Source: a virus | Reading direction: 5' to 3' (one strand) | DNA: 64,000 nt | Virus record (IMG/VR): IMGVR_UViG_3300047554_000329 | Coordinates: 28,925 to 92,924 of that record | Shown: positions 10,684 to 20,792 of the stretch, piece by piece | Layout: every line of letters starts with the position of its first letter | How positions within the stretch are numbered: position 1 is the first letter of the stretch | Program-made: the position numbers and the translations under genes | Notes under the pieces: model-generated | Seen by the model: only the letters and a program-made list of their open reading frames with translations | Told to the model about the DNA's origin: nothing | The model's database searches: none

Positions 10684-11358
10684 ATGGCATATACACGTGG
10701 TTCAAGTGCCAACATTATTGTTGGTGCAGCAGCACTATTTGCTTTTGAGAACGGTGAAATGACCGATGCAGACCTTCCAACGTCTGCAACAGGAGTTTCG
10801 TACAAGACCACTCTAAGCACAGACACCGACTTCCGCAACGTTGGTTATACTTCAAACGGTATCGAACTAACCTTCGCTCCTGACTTTGGAGAAGTTTCTG
10901 TTGACCAGGTTCTTGACGTAGCTAAACTCTACAAGCAAGGAATGACAGTCAACCTAAACACCAGCTTCGCAGAAGCAACCATGGAGAACCTTCTTCTAGC
11001 CTTGGCTCGTCCAAGAACAGACGCTTTCGTTAGCGACCCAGGAGGAGCTCTTGGTGGAGAAGATACTCTAAACCTTTCAGCAGGTGAGCTGGGCGAATGT
11101 CCAGTCGAACGTGGATTGGTAGCAGTTGGTCCTGGTACAGGTGACTGCGAGATTGGTACAGGCATTGAGCGTATCTATCTTGCATACCGTGCTCTTTCAA
11201 TCGAAAGCGTAACCGTATCAGCAAAGCGTGACGAAGCGACAATGTTTGACGTTTCGTTCCGTCTACTTCCAAATGACTCAGCGTCATACGGAAAGATTGT
11301 TGACAGAACTCTGGCTCTCGGTCAGAAGAATGGCAACTTCCCAGCATCATCAATCTAA
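10684..11358 (+). CDS. Major tail (tube) protein
   Basis: NIIVGAA, VGYTSNGIEL, TSFAEATMENL motifs typical of actinophage tail tube proteins; SD GAGGTG; followed by a terminator. Confidence 0.85.
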   Translation: MAYTRGSSANIIVGAAALFAFENGEMTDADLPTSATGVSYKTTLSTDTDFRNVGYTSNGIELTFAPDFGEVSVDQVLDVAKLYKQGMTVNLNTSFAEATMENLLLALARPRTDAFVSDPGGALGGEDTLNLSAGELGECPVERGLVAVGPGTGDCEIGTGIERIYLAYRALSIESVTVSAKRDEATMFDVSFRLLPNDSASYGKIVDRTLALGQKNGNFPASSI

Positions 11359-11371
11359 TAACTTAATAGTT

Positions 11372-11409
11372 GAGACTCCCCTTACTTCGGTAGGGGGAGT
11401 TTCTTTTTT
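11372..11409 (+). terminator. Intrinsic terminator after tail tube gene
   Basis: GACTCCCCTTAC-TTCG-GTAGGGGGAGTT hairpin followed by a T tract. Confidence 0.88.
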
Positions 11410-11423
11410 GGTATACTAGATAG

Positions 11424-12125
11424 ATGGCTACTAAAATATACGAAAGTGCAATCATAGAAACTATCTATGGACAAAAGATTTATATTACTCCTCTTAAGAT
11501 TAAATATCTTAGGCAGTTTATGGATGTATTCGATTCTGTAAAAACTGCACAAGATAGCGACGAACTGCTAAACCACATACTTGAGTGTGCGGTGGTAGCC
11601 ATGCAACAGTATGCTCCAGAAATTAATAGTGTAGAAAAGATTGAGGATAGTTTTGATATCAAGACTATTTATAAAATCTTAGATATTGCTGCTGGCATCA
11701 AGCTAGACCAAGAAAAAGAAGAAGGTCAAGAGGAAGAGGCAAAGCAGGTTAAAAAAGAAGACGTAAAGCAAAGTGCTACTTGGGACACAATGGACTTGGC
11801 TAAACTAGAGGCAGAGGTTTTTCAGCTAGGTATCTGGAAAGACTATGATGAGCTAGAGTGTTCTTTGTCAATGTCTGAAATAACAGCAACGCTTGAAGCA
11901 AAAAGAGAGCAAGACTATGCCGATAAAAAATTCTTTGCAGCAATCCAAGGCGTTGATTTGGATAAGCAATCAGGTAAGTCAAATGCTTGGGAAGAAATGA
12001 AAGCCAGGGTATTTAGTGGTGGAGCATCAAGCGACCCCAATGACATTCTTGCTCTACAGGGACACAATGCAGCTAAGGCAGGTTTTGGTATTGGTGCTGG
12101 ATTATCCTACGAAAAATGGGACTAG
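11424..12125 (+). CDS. Tail assembly chaperone, long (GT-like) form
   Basis: Between tail tube and tape measure. N-terminal ~95 aa are paralogous to the next ORF; has a C-terminal extension. Confidence 0.75.
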   Translation: MATKIYESAIIETIYGQKIYITPLKIKYLRQFMDVFDSVKTAQDSDELLNHILECAVVAMQQYAPEINSVEKIEDSFDIKTIYKILDIAAGIKLDQEKEEGQEEEAKQVKKEDVKQSATWDTMDLAKLEAEVFQLGIWKDYDELECSLSMSEITATLEAKREQDYADKKFFAAIQGVDLDKQSGKSNAWEEMKARVFSGGASSDPNDILALQGHNAAKAGFGIGAGLSYEKWD

Positions 12126-12164
12126 TATGTGCTATAATTTAATTACTAACCTATAGGAGGAACA

Positions 12165-12479
12165 ATGGCTACGACCATTAATGAAGCAAAAGAAATCGCA
12201 TTGCTAGATGGAACTGTTATCGCAGTTCGACCACTAAAAATCTCACTACTTCGTGACTTTATGAAGTCTTTTGAGAAAATTTCTGGAGTGGCAGACGACA
12301 ACGAGAAGTCTATGGACCTTCTCCTTGAGTGTGTTGTTATCGCTCTAAAGCAGTACAAGCCAGAACTGGCTGAAGACCCAAAGAAGCTTGAAGAGCTTCT
12401 AGACCTACCTACCGTATACAAAATTGTAGAGGAAGCATCTGGTATCCCAATGGGAGCCAACTTGCTAGGGGTAGCGTAA
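12165..12479 (+). CDS. Tail assembly chaperone, short (G-like) form
   Basis: Directly before the tape measure; SD AGGAGG; paralog of the preceding ORF's N-terminus. Confidence 0.8.
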   Translation: MATTINEAKEIALLDGTVIAVRPLKISLLRDFMKSFEKISGVADDNEKSMDLLLECVVIALKQYKPELAEDPKKLEELLDLPTVYKIVEEASGIPMGANLLGVA

Positions 12480-12500
12480 TAAAAAACAGGTGCTTATGGA

Positions 12501-15500
12501 ATGACTGATATCAACTCAAACATTAATTTAAATATTGATACTAATGAAGCAATTCAAAGTATCAAGAATTTGCAGAGACAGATATCAGTCTTCCATCAGC
12601 AAATGCTGCGTTCTGGAAGTGCAGCAAACGAACAGATTTCAAGAAATCTTCAATCAAACTTGATGAAGAATATTGATGCTACTGGTAAATTTAGAACACA
12701 AATAAAAACAATTCAAGATGAAACTGAGTCATTTACTCAGTCACTTGAAAAGAACCAAATGTCCTTGGGACAGTACTTTAGGTATGCAGGTGGAGCAACA
12801 AAGTCTTTTGGAAAACTATTTTCCAAAGAATTCAATACTATTGAAAAAGTTGCAATTGAACGTGTAAAGACCCTACAGACACAATATATCAAACTTGGTA
12901 GAGATGCCAATGGTGCTCTTAAGGCTATTGCTGTTAGACCACTAGCACTTGACATGGACAATCTTGCTACTAAGACTGCCATTGCTGCACAAAAGCAGCA
13001 ACTACTAAACCAACTTCTAAAGCAAGGTTCTACAAACCTTCTAAACTTTGGTAAAAATACTCAGTGGGCTGGTCGTCAGCTCATGGTTGGTTTTACAATC
13101 CCTCTTGGTATTGCTGCTACAACTGCAGCAAAAGCGTACATGGATATTGAGAAAGCATCTATTAAGTTTAGACGTGTTTATGGTGACTTGAATACAGGTG
13201 CTGATGAAGCAACACGTATGTCAGAAGAAGTTAAGCGATTGGCTATGGAGTTTACTAAGTACGGCGTTGCAGTTAAAGACACTATGGAAATGGCTGCAAC
13301 TGCTGCAGCAACTGGTGCGTCTGGTGCAGCACTTCTAGCACAAATTCAGCAAGCATCAAAGCTTGCAGTTCTTGGTCAGGTAGACCAGCAACAGGCACTT
13401 GAGACAACAATCTCGCTAACAAACGCTTTCCAAATTGCAACAGAAGACCTGGCAGGAAGTATTAGCTTCTTGAACGCAGTTGAAAACCAGACTGTAACAT
13501 CCATTGAAGACCTTACAATTGCTATTCCAAAAGCAGCTCCAGTAGTCAAGCAGCTTGGTGGAGATGTTAAAGACCTATCCTTCTTCCTAACCGCAATGAA
13601 GGAAGGTGGAATCAACGCATCAGAAGGTGCTAACGCACTTAAGTCTGGTCTTGCATCCCTGATTAACCCAACTGCAAAAGCATCAGAATTTTTGCAAGGA
13701 TTTGGAATCAATATCAGTGGTATTGTTGAAGCCAACAAGGGAGACGTTAAGGGACTAGTAGTAGACTTTGCTCAAGCACTTGATACCCTAGACCCATTAA
13801 ACCGTGCTCGTGCTATTGAACAGCTATTTGGTAAATTCCAGTTTGCTCGTCTATCTACATTGTTCCAAAACGTTATTGCAGAGGGTAGCCAGGCACAAAC
13901 AGTACTAAGTCTAGCAAAAGCCACATCAGAAGAACTTGCTGTTCTATCTGAGCGAGAATTGAAAAAGGTAGAAAGCTCGCCAGTATTCAAATTCCAAAAA
14001 GCTATTGAGCAGATTCAAGCAAAACTTGCCCCAGTTGGTGAAGCATTCCTAAAGGCTATTACCCCAATTGTTGAGCAAGTAGGAAAAATCCTTGATGGTT
14101 TTAATAACATGGGTGATGGAGCAAAACAATTTGCCGTAATTGCAACTACAGTTATTGCTGGTATTGGTCCAATCGCACTTATGACATTCGGTCTTATTGC
14201 TAACGGTGTTGCAAACCTTATTAAGATGTTTGCTAGCATTAAGAACTTCTTTAACAAGACAGGCAGCAGCACAGCAGACTTAGGAGAAACTACTGAGTAC
14301 ATGACTCAGGCACAGCTTGAGGCACAGGCAGTAGCAGCAGCACTTGACGAAACTCACGCAAAGCTTGTCCAATCGTTTACTCTTGAAGCAGAAGCAATTA
14401 ATAAGCTTGTTGGTGAATATGAAAAAGCTATTGCTGCACAGTCTAGATATAATGCTGGTGCAAAGCCAACTGAAGGCGGAACACCTCCTGGTGGAGGAGC
14501 AGGTCCTACTACTAGTTCGCCAACTCCAACCAAACCATCAGGAACAGAGAAAAAAGAAGACAAAAGAAAATCAATTCCAACAACCTTTTCTGTATCTGGT
14601 GGAAATTTTGAGAAACAAACATACTCTAGTTCAGCAATGTATGCACCAGGAAATACTCCTGGTGGATTTGGTCTAGATACTGAATGGCTAAAAAACTCAA
14701 AAGACGCTCCGCTATCTTGGGCTGCAAGCCTTATGGGTGGAATGAGAAAGTCAACAAAATCTGGTGGTTCTTTAGCAGCATTTGAAGAAAAAACTACAGC
14801 AAAATTTGGTGGAATATTTGACGAACTTTTTGAAATATATAAGTCTGGTGTAGATGATGCGAAAGATGTGGTTGAGCTAGGACAACAAACATATCCAGCA
14901 TTAAAGGCAAAACTTGATGAAGCAGTAAAGTCTGGAGCAATCACACTAAGAGAAGCAGCACACGTTAATAACGCACTAAGAACACTAGTTAATCCAAGAG
15001 CATCGGATAGAACAGAGTATACTTCTGCACCACGATACGAAGGTGGCTTTGACGAAGCTGGAAATGCAGTACTAAAAAGAGCTGGTGCTACCGAAAGAGC
15101 TGGAAAAACATCAAAAAATACTATTTCAAAACTTTATGATATGCTCAGAGAAAAAGCTGGCATGGGGGCAAGACCAAAAGAGCAAACCTATGCTCACTTG
15201 GCTGCGTCTGGTTCAGAAGGAATGGTCTTTCAAGAGCCTAGAATTAGAACAGCAGTCTCAGATGCAGACCAGGCTTTAGCACAAGGTCTTTCTCAAACAC
15301 TAGCAGCTGGAGGAAAAGTTGGACAGGGACAGGTTGAACTAGGTCCAGAAGGTTTGCTGCAAAATGTAAAACAAGAAATGAAAAACGTTTCTAAAGAACT
15401 TGTTCCAGAAGCAGCACAGGTTGGTAAAAACACAGGAGATGGAATTCTTAATGGTGCTAAAGAAACTCTAGACACAAACTCACCATCTAGAAAGATGTAC

Positions 15501-18500
15501 GAGGTTGGTCAAGATGGAGCACAGGGTCTTATCAATGGTGCAAGAGATGGATTCCTAAAACCACCTCCAGGTTCTGGCATTATCCCTCCAGGTAGCCAAG
15601 CAAAGGGTGTTCTTCCTCCACCACCATCTTCTATTCCAGGAGTAGCTGCTCCAACCTATACAGCCCCTCAAAAAGGCAAGATGGCTGGACTATTCGATAA
15701 AGCCAAGGGTATGGCAGGACAGGCAGCATCTAAGGTAGGCGAAGTAGCTAAAAAAGCAGGTTCAAGCCTTTACCAAGCAGCAGACAAAGCATTTAGCGAA
15801 CACATGACAGCTGTCATGGAAGAAGAAGACAGAGCAAGAGAAATAAGACAAGCACAATTCTCTAACCTACTTGAAGAAGCAAGACTAAATGATGCAGAGT
15901 TTGCAGCAGCTGCAGACAAGCGTGACCAGCTAATTAAGCTTGCACAAAGTGGTAAAGAACTAAGTGCAGAGCAGCAAGCAGAACTAGAGCAAGCCTATAA
16001 AGTAATTGACAAAAAGAAGAGATTGCTGTCTGCTGAAATTGATGCTGGAAATATGCAAGAGGCAGCCGTCGGTGGTGCTGGAAATCAAAAAGTTCCGTAT
16101 GGACAACTAAGCAAATCTGGTAGAAAAGACTACTGGAAATCTTTTGGAAATAAGGTTGGTAAGGGTGCTATGGGGCTTTCTGCAGTAGCAGGTGTAGCCT
16201 CTATGATTCCAGGACCAGTTGGTGAAGCTGCATCTTCAGCACTTCCATTGCTTGGAACGTTGTCTACACTTTCTAACCTTATCGCTGGTCCAGTATCTGC
16301 TTCATTTGTAGGGGTAGCAGCAGTAATTGCTGCAATGATTACTGTAATGCTTAAGCTTAACGAAGCATATTCTCAAGCAAGAGACAAGTCAATGGCTCTG
16401 ACAGAAGCCACAGGAGCAAGCACAAAGGCAATTAGAGGTCTTGCTGAGTTTGCTGGCAAAGTTTCTGCTGGCGAATTTATGGATAAGGTTAGACAAGATA
16501 GAGCCAAGATTACATACGCAGCCCCAGGAAAAACAACTTTTGGAGAATCTTTTGTTGCCTCAGATTCTGGCAAGGCTCTTGTAGAACAGTATAAGTCATT
16601 AATGAAGTCTGGCGGTGCAAAAGAAGTTACTAGAGATATGGCAAGCCAGCTAACAACAGCTGTAGTCTCTGGTGCATTGTCTGCTGACCAAGCAAAATCT
16701 ATTGCTGCAAACATAGCATATGAACTTGGAAATATGACTGTTGGGCTAAAAGTTAGAGCAGAAATTGTAGAACTTGTTGGGGCAGACGGAAAAGCTTTTG
16801 AGAAAAATCCAGTTGAGGTATCTGCGAAACTAACAGAAAAGTCAGTCCAAAATATGCAAGACAGCTTCGGCATGATGAACAAAAATATTTATTCTAATGT
16901 TCTTACAAATACTGAAATTGGAAGAACTGTTACTGCTGGAGCAACGATTGCTGCAGCAACTGCTGCTGGTGCTATGATTGGAACTGCTGTTGGTGGACCA
17001 ATTGGAACTCTTGTTGGTGGAGGTCTTGCAGCAATTGGTAGTTCAATTATAGCTTTGGAAACTATGAAAGAAGCAGCAGCAAAGGCTGGGCAGCTGTCTG
17101 GCGTTGCAGTAGCCGATATGAACTTGCTGACGCAACAACAAAATGAACTAGCGGATGCTCTAGATGCGTATTATATTAAAAAAATTAGAGAAGCAGAAGT
17201 AGAAGGAAAAATTACTGAAGCAAAGAGGCTGCAGGTAGAGTATGACACAGAAAAAAACAAACAAAATAAAGTTCTTGCAGATGCTACTCAAAAAATGCTA
17301 GACCTATACGACCAAGCAGCAGAAAAAGATAAAGTTATACAAGGAATGGAGTCAAGTATAACTAATAAGTTTAAAGATGATGTTAATGCATCAATGTATA
17401 TAGAACCAATTAGACAAGCAATGAATACTGTTGGTCTAAATGAAAAACAAAAAGTGCAGCTAAACCTAGCCATACTTTCAGAATCAATGACACCAGGAGA
17501 GGTTTCTGGACTGCTGACAATGATGAGTAAAGATAGCTCATTGAAGGATGTTACATTTGATATCCTAACAAGGTTCCCTGGAAAAACTGGTGCAGAAGCA
17601 ATTGGCATTTCTCAAATGTTTAACAATGAAGCTCTTCAAAAAGACTTTATTCTAGCGGTTCAAAAAGCAAACACCCCTTCTGAAGTAGATGACTTAACAA
17701 GAATGGCACTTCAAGTTCAATCTCTTGGTGGAGTAGCAGAGCAGTCAATTAACACAATGCTTAACTATGCAATTACAAATAAAGATGCAGCCAAGGAAGT
17801 AAACAGAGTTCTTGACGCACTTGATACTCAGGAAGTAACAACAGTAGAACAGGCATTTGAAATTGTGCCAAAACTAAAAGTTAATCCAGAAGCATTTAAT
17901 CAAGAATACTTTAAAACACTCAAAAATACTGAACAAAAAGAGCTTTATATTTCTACAATTACAACAGTGCTAAACACAGTTGATAATGTTACAACAGATA
18001 AGTCTTTCCAAAAGTGGTGGGCAGAAGAAGGAAGCAAATACGGAAAGATTTCAGACCATAGCCCAATATTCTGGAAAAATGTATATGCTGAAGCCATGGG
18101 ACAAAAGGTTACAGAAGGTGTTGTAGATACAACTCTAGCAGTAAATCCAGAAACTCCAGCTGGTGGTGGCGGTGGAGCAAAAGAAGTTTCATTCCTAGAT
18201 GCAATCGTAAAACGCATTCGTGACGTTCTAAAATATACTCAGCAACTTACAGAAGGTTGGGCTAAATCAAAGAAGGCTATTGAAGACTTTGCTAAGACTG
18301 GCATGAATGTATTTGACGGTCTTGAGATGAAGCTAAAACGAGCAGGTGCTACAGATGAACTTACTGGTGCAATTCTTGGACTAAGCAAAGAAGACTACGA
18401 CAAATACAAGTCACGACTTATGGATGCAAAGGGTAATCTAACAGACTTTGCCAAAACTCTTATTAAGGTTACTAATCAACTTGCCTTTGGTGACGCTATT

Positions 18501-19967
18501 GTTCAAAATGACAAGATTGTTCTACAGGCTAAAACAATGTCACAAGCATTCTCTGGTGCAAAAAATGGTATGCAATCGTTTATTGACAAGGGCATTGTAA
18601 GTGCTGCAGATGCTTATGAAATTCTTTCAGATGCAACACTTGCTTCAGCATTTGCTGCCGATAAAGAGGGTAAATCTAGAAAAGCTCTAATTAACTCATA
18701 CATGATGGCAAAGAAAGCACAATGGCTAATGCTATCTGCTGAACAAAAGAGACAGAAGTATGTTGAGATGTACAATGCTAATCTTGAAGTAATTGCTTTG
18801 CAAGAAGAAGAAATTAACAAGAAGTACGATAAGAGAAACGAGGCTCTTGACAAGATTCAGGCAGCTAACGATGCAATTGCTAAACAAAACCAGGCACAGC
18901 TATCTTTGTCAGAAGCGTTGTCACGTGGAGACCTATCTGGTGCTGTTCGTGCTGCAAAAGAAATGGAAAGCCTGTCAGCCACCCAAGCAGTCGAAGCAAG
19001 ACGTGCTGCAATGGAAAAAGCTAGACAAGATGAATTAGGAAAAATTACAACCGATGTCAATGGCGTTCTTATGACAAGAAAAGACATTGAAGACCAAATT
19101 AAAGCTGCTAATGAAGCGACTGTGCTTGCTAAGGCTGCACAACTAGAAAAAGAGATTGCAATTGGAAAGCAAGCTGAAGCAAACAGGTCAGCAATTCTTG
19201 CCTGGGCAGCAAGCAAGGATAATCCAGCAAATGGAGCTATTGGTGGCGGTACAGGTGGTGGTCCAGGTGGTGGTCCAGTAGTTCCTCCTCCACCACCACC
19301 ACCAACACCAGTAGTACTTACCCCAGCACAACAAGCAGCAGCTGTTCAAAGCAGTGCCATTGCTGCAATTCGTGCAGACGATAAAAACTTTGACCCTAAA
19401 AAGGTAAAGGGTAAGACATACGACAATCCAATTACTACTGGAATTCCAGACAACTCTTCTATTCCAGAGACCAAGAAACTCTTTTCTCTTGGACAGTATG
19501 TAAAACTTCCTAAAGGCGTTTATATGCAAACAATGGTTGTTAAGCCAAACAAAATTGTTGAACTAACCTTTAGCTCAGAACCAAATGCAGCAAAGATTAA
19601 GACTAAGGGAAACTCAGTCAGGCTTGAAACAGACATGGCTGGAAATCTTCCACCGTATCAACGTTTTGCCAGTGGTGGAATGGTTATGCCAAAGTATATG
19701 TCGGTTGGTGGACAAGCAGTGGGAACAGACACCGTTCCAGCAATGCTAACTCCTGGAGAATTTATTGTTAGCCAGCCAGCAGTTGAAGACTTTGGAATCA
19801 ACAACCTAAAGGCAATTAACAATGGCACATACGGAGGCAATTCAGTGTATAATTATAGTGTCAACGTTAATGCTGGCTCTAATGCAAGTGCTGACGATAT
19901 TGCAAGGGCAGTTATGAATAAGATTAACGAAGTTGACGCAAGAAGAGTAAGAGGTAATAATTTCTAA
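12501..19967 (+). CDS. Tape measure protein
   Basis: 2488 aa, helical and Ala-rich; TP901-like core (ASEGANALKSGL, RARAIEQLFG); hydrophobic segments; C-terminal GTDTVPAMLTPGEFIV. Confidence 0.95.
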   Translation: MTDINSNINLNIDTNEAIQSIKNLQRQISVFHQQMLRSGSAANEQISRNLQSNLMKNIDATGKFRTQIKTIQDETESFTQSLEKNQMSLGQYFRYAGGATKSFGKLFSKEFNTIEKVAIERVKTLQTQYIKLGRDANGALKAIAVRPLALDMDNLATKTAIAAQKQQLLNQLLKQGSTNLLNFGKNTQWAGRQLMVGFTIPLGIAATTAAKAYMDIEKASIKFRRVYGDLNTGADEATRMSEEVKRLAMEFTKYGVAVKDTMEMAATAAATGASGAALLAQIQQASKLAVLGQVDQQQALETTISLTNAFQIATEDLAGSISFLNAVENQTVTSIEDLTIAIPKAAPVVKQLGGDVKDLSFFLTAMKEGGINASEGANALKSGLASLINPTAKASEFLQGFGINISGIVEANKGDVKGLVVDFAQALDTLDPLNRARAIEQLFGKFQFARLSTLFQNVIAEGSQAQTVLSLAKATSEELAVLSERELKKVESSPVFKFQKAIEQIQAKLAPVGEAFLKAITPIVEQVGKILDGFNNMGDGAKQFAVIATTVIAGIGPIALMTFGLIANGVANLIKMFASIKNFFNKTGSSTADLGETTEYMTQAQLEAQAVAAALDETHAKLVQSFTLEAEAINKLVGEYEKAIAAQSRYNAGAKPTEGGTPPGGGAGPTTSSPTPTKPSGTEKKEDKRKSIPTTFSVSGGNFEKQTYSSSAMYAPGNTPGGFGLDTEWLKNSKDAPLSWAASLMGGMRKSTKSGGSLAAFEEKTTAKFGGIFDELFEIYKSGVDDAKDVVELGQQTYPALKAKLDEAVKSGAITLREAAHVNNALRTLVNPRASDRTEYTSAPRYEGGFDEAGNAVLKRAGATERAGKTSKNTISKLYDMLREKAGMGARPKEQTYAHLAASGSEGMVFQEPRIRTAVSDADQALAQGLSQTLAAGGKVGQGQVELGPEGLLQNVKQEMKNVSKELVPEAAQVGKNTGDGILNGAKETLDTNSPSRKMYEVGQDGAQGLINGARDGFLKPPPGSGIIPPGSQAKGVLPPPPSSIPGVAAPTYTAPQKGKMAGLFDKAKGMAGQAASKVGEVAKKAGSSLYQAADKAFSEHMTAVMEEEDRAREIRQAQFSNLLEEARLNDAEFAAAADKRDQLIKLAQSGKELSAEQQAELEQAYKVIDKKKRLLSAEIDAGNMQEAAVGGAGNQKVPYGQLSKSGRKDYWKSFGNKVGKGAMGLSAVAGVASMIPGPVGEAASSALPLLGTLSTLSNLIAGPVSASFVGVAAVIAAMITVMLKLNEAYSQARDKSMALTEATGASTKAIRGLAEFAGKVSAGEFMDKVRQDRAKITYAAPGKTTFGESFVASDSGKALVEQYKSLMKSGGAKEVTRDMASQLTTAVVSGALSADQAKSIAANIAYELGNMTVGLKVRAEIVELVGADGKAFEKNPVEVSAKLTEKSVQNMQDSFGMMNKNIYSNVLTNTEIGRTVTAGATIAAATAAGAMIGTAVGGPIGTLVGGGLAAIGSSIIALETMKEAAAKAGQLSGVAVADMNLLTQQQNELADALDAYYIKKIREAEVEGKITEAKRLQVEYDTEKNKQNKVLADATQKMLDLYDQAAEKDKVIQGMESSITNKFKDDVNASMYIEPIRQAMNTVGLNEKQKVQLNLAILSESMTPGEVSGLLTMMSKDSSLKDVTFDILTRFPGKTGAEAIGISQMFNNEALQKDFILAVQKANTPSEVDDLTRMALQVQSLGGVAEQSINTMLNYAITNKDAAKEVNRVLDALDTQEVTTVEQAFEIVPKLKVNPEAFNQEYFKTLKNTEQKELYISTITTVLNTVDNVTTDKSFQKWWAEEGSKYGKISDHSPIFWKNVYAEAMGQKVTEGVVDTTLAVNPETPAGGGGGAKEVSFLDAIVKRIRDVLKYTQQLTEGWAKSKKAIEDFAKTGMNVFDGLEMKLKRAGATDELTGAILGLSKEDYDKYKSRLMDAKGNLTDFAKTLIKVTNQLAFGDAIVQNDKIVLQAKTMSQAFSGAKNGMQSFIDKGIVSAADAYEILSDATLASAFAADKEGKSRKALINSYMMAKKAQWLMLSAEQKRQKYVEMYNANLEVIALQEEEINKKYDKRNEALDKIQAANDAIAKQNQAQLSLSEALSRGDLSGAVRAAKEMESLSATQAVEARRAAMEKARQDELGKITTDVNGVLMTRKDIEDQIKAANEATVLAKAAQLEKEIAIGKQAEANRSAILAWAASKDNPANGAIGGGTGGGPGGGPVVPPPPPPPTPVVLTPAQQAAAVQSSAIAAIRADDKNFDPKKVKGKTYDNPITTGIPDNSSIPETKKLFSLGQYVKLPKGVYMQTMVVKPNKIVELTFSSEPNAAKIKTKGNSVRLETDMAGNLPPYQRFASGGMVMPKYMSVGGQAVGTDTVPAMLTPGEFIVSQPAVEDFGINNLKAINNGTYGGNSVYNYSVNVNAGSNASADDIARAVMNKINEVDARRVRGNNF

Positions 19968-20791
19968 TGGCAACTTCAACCTATATGGCAGGTCGTAAAA
20001 AATATTCTCGCCCACAGGCAATGCTTTGGTCAGAGAACCCTGGTGAGATTAGCAACGGTGTTTTTGTTCCTAGTGGATATGAAACAGGTAGCTTAATTAG
20101 CATTACCGCAGTTACTCCAAGCAGCCCTACATCTGGCAAGGTAACCTATACAGCAGATAATACTCTAAGTGAAGGAGATATTGTATTTATTCAAGGATTA
20201 ACTCCAACAGAATACAATGGAAGCTATAGCGTTGTCTCTGCAACATCCACTGCCTTTGTAGTTACAAATGCTACAACCACAACGGTTACCGATGGTGTAG
20301 GAGATGCTCTTCCAGCAGGAAACTTTATCATTCTTTCTGACGACAATCGTTCAGACATCCAGTTTACACCACAAAGAATTGAGCAACGCAAGCGTATGGT
20401 TAATGGTCGTATGCGTTCATATCACATTGCGGATAAGCTGCAAATTAGCACATCTTGGCAAATGCTTCCATCACGCTCTGCAATCTATGACCAAGACTTT
20501 GACACCAATGGTGCAACAGCACTACTACGTTCACAGATTCACACTAGCGATGGTGGTGCAGGTGGGGTAGAGCTTTTGGACTGGTATGAAAACCACAAGG
20601 GACCATTCTGGGTATTCCTATCATATGACAAATATACAAATTTCCCAAAGGGTGACGGAAAGTATGGACATCTATCTCAGTATAGCCAGATAATTGAAAT
20701 GTATATTTCTAACTTTACCTATACTGTTCAAAAACGTGGTGGAACAAACTATGATTTTTGGAACGTTTCTGTTACACTAGAAGAGGTATAA
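19967..20791 (+). CDS. Distal tail (Dit-like) protein with inserted Thr-rich beta domain
   Basis: Follows tape measure; RKRMVNGRMR and C-terminal WNVSVTLEEV motifs. Confidence 0.65.
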   Translation: MATSTYMAGRKKYSRPQAMLWSENPGEISNGVFVPSGYETGSLISITAVTPSSPTSGKVTYTADNTLSEGDIVFIQGLTPTEYNGSYSVVSATSTAFVVTNATTTTVTDGVGDALPAGNFIILSDDNRSDIQFTPQRIEQRKRMVNGRMRSYHIADKLQISTSWQMLPSRSAIYDQDFDTNGATALLRSQIHTSDGGAGGVELLDWYENHKGPFWVFLSYDKYTNFPKGDGKYGHLSQYSQIIEMYISNFTYTVQKRGGTNYDFWNVSVTLEEV

Positions 20792-20792
20792 A

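Noticed and set aside
11424-12500. Programmed -1 frameshift in the tail chaperone region
   Set aside because: Both ORFs are complete with their own starts, and no overlapping T frame follows the short gene.
12737-19840. Many minus-strand ORFs within the tape measure and other long genes
   Set aside because: Shadow ORFs caused by codon bias, with no RBS, promoter or recognisable motifs.
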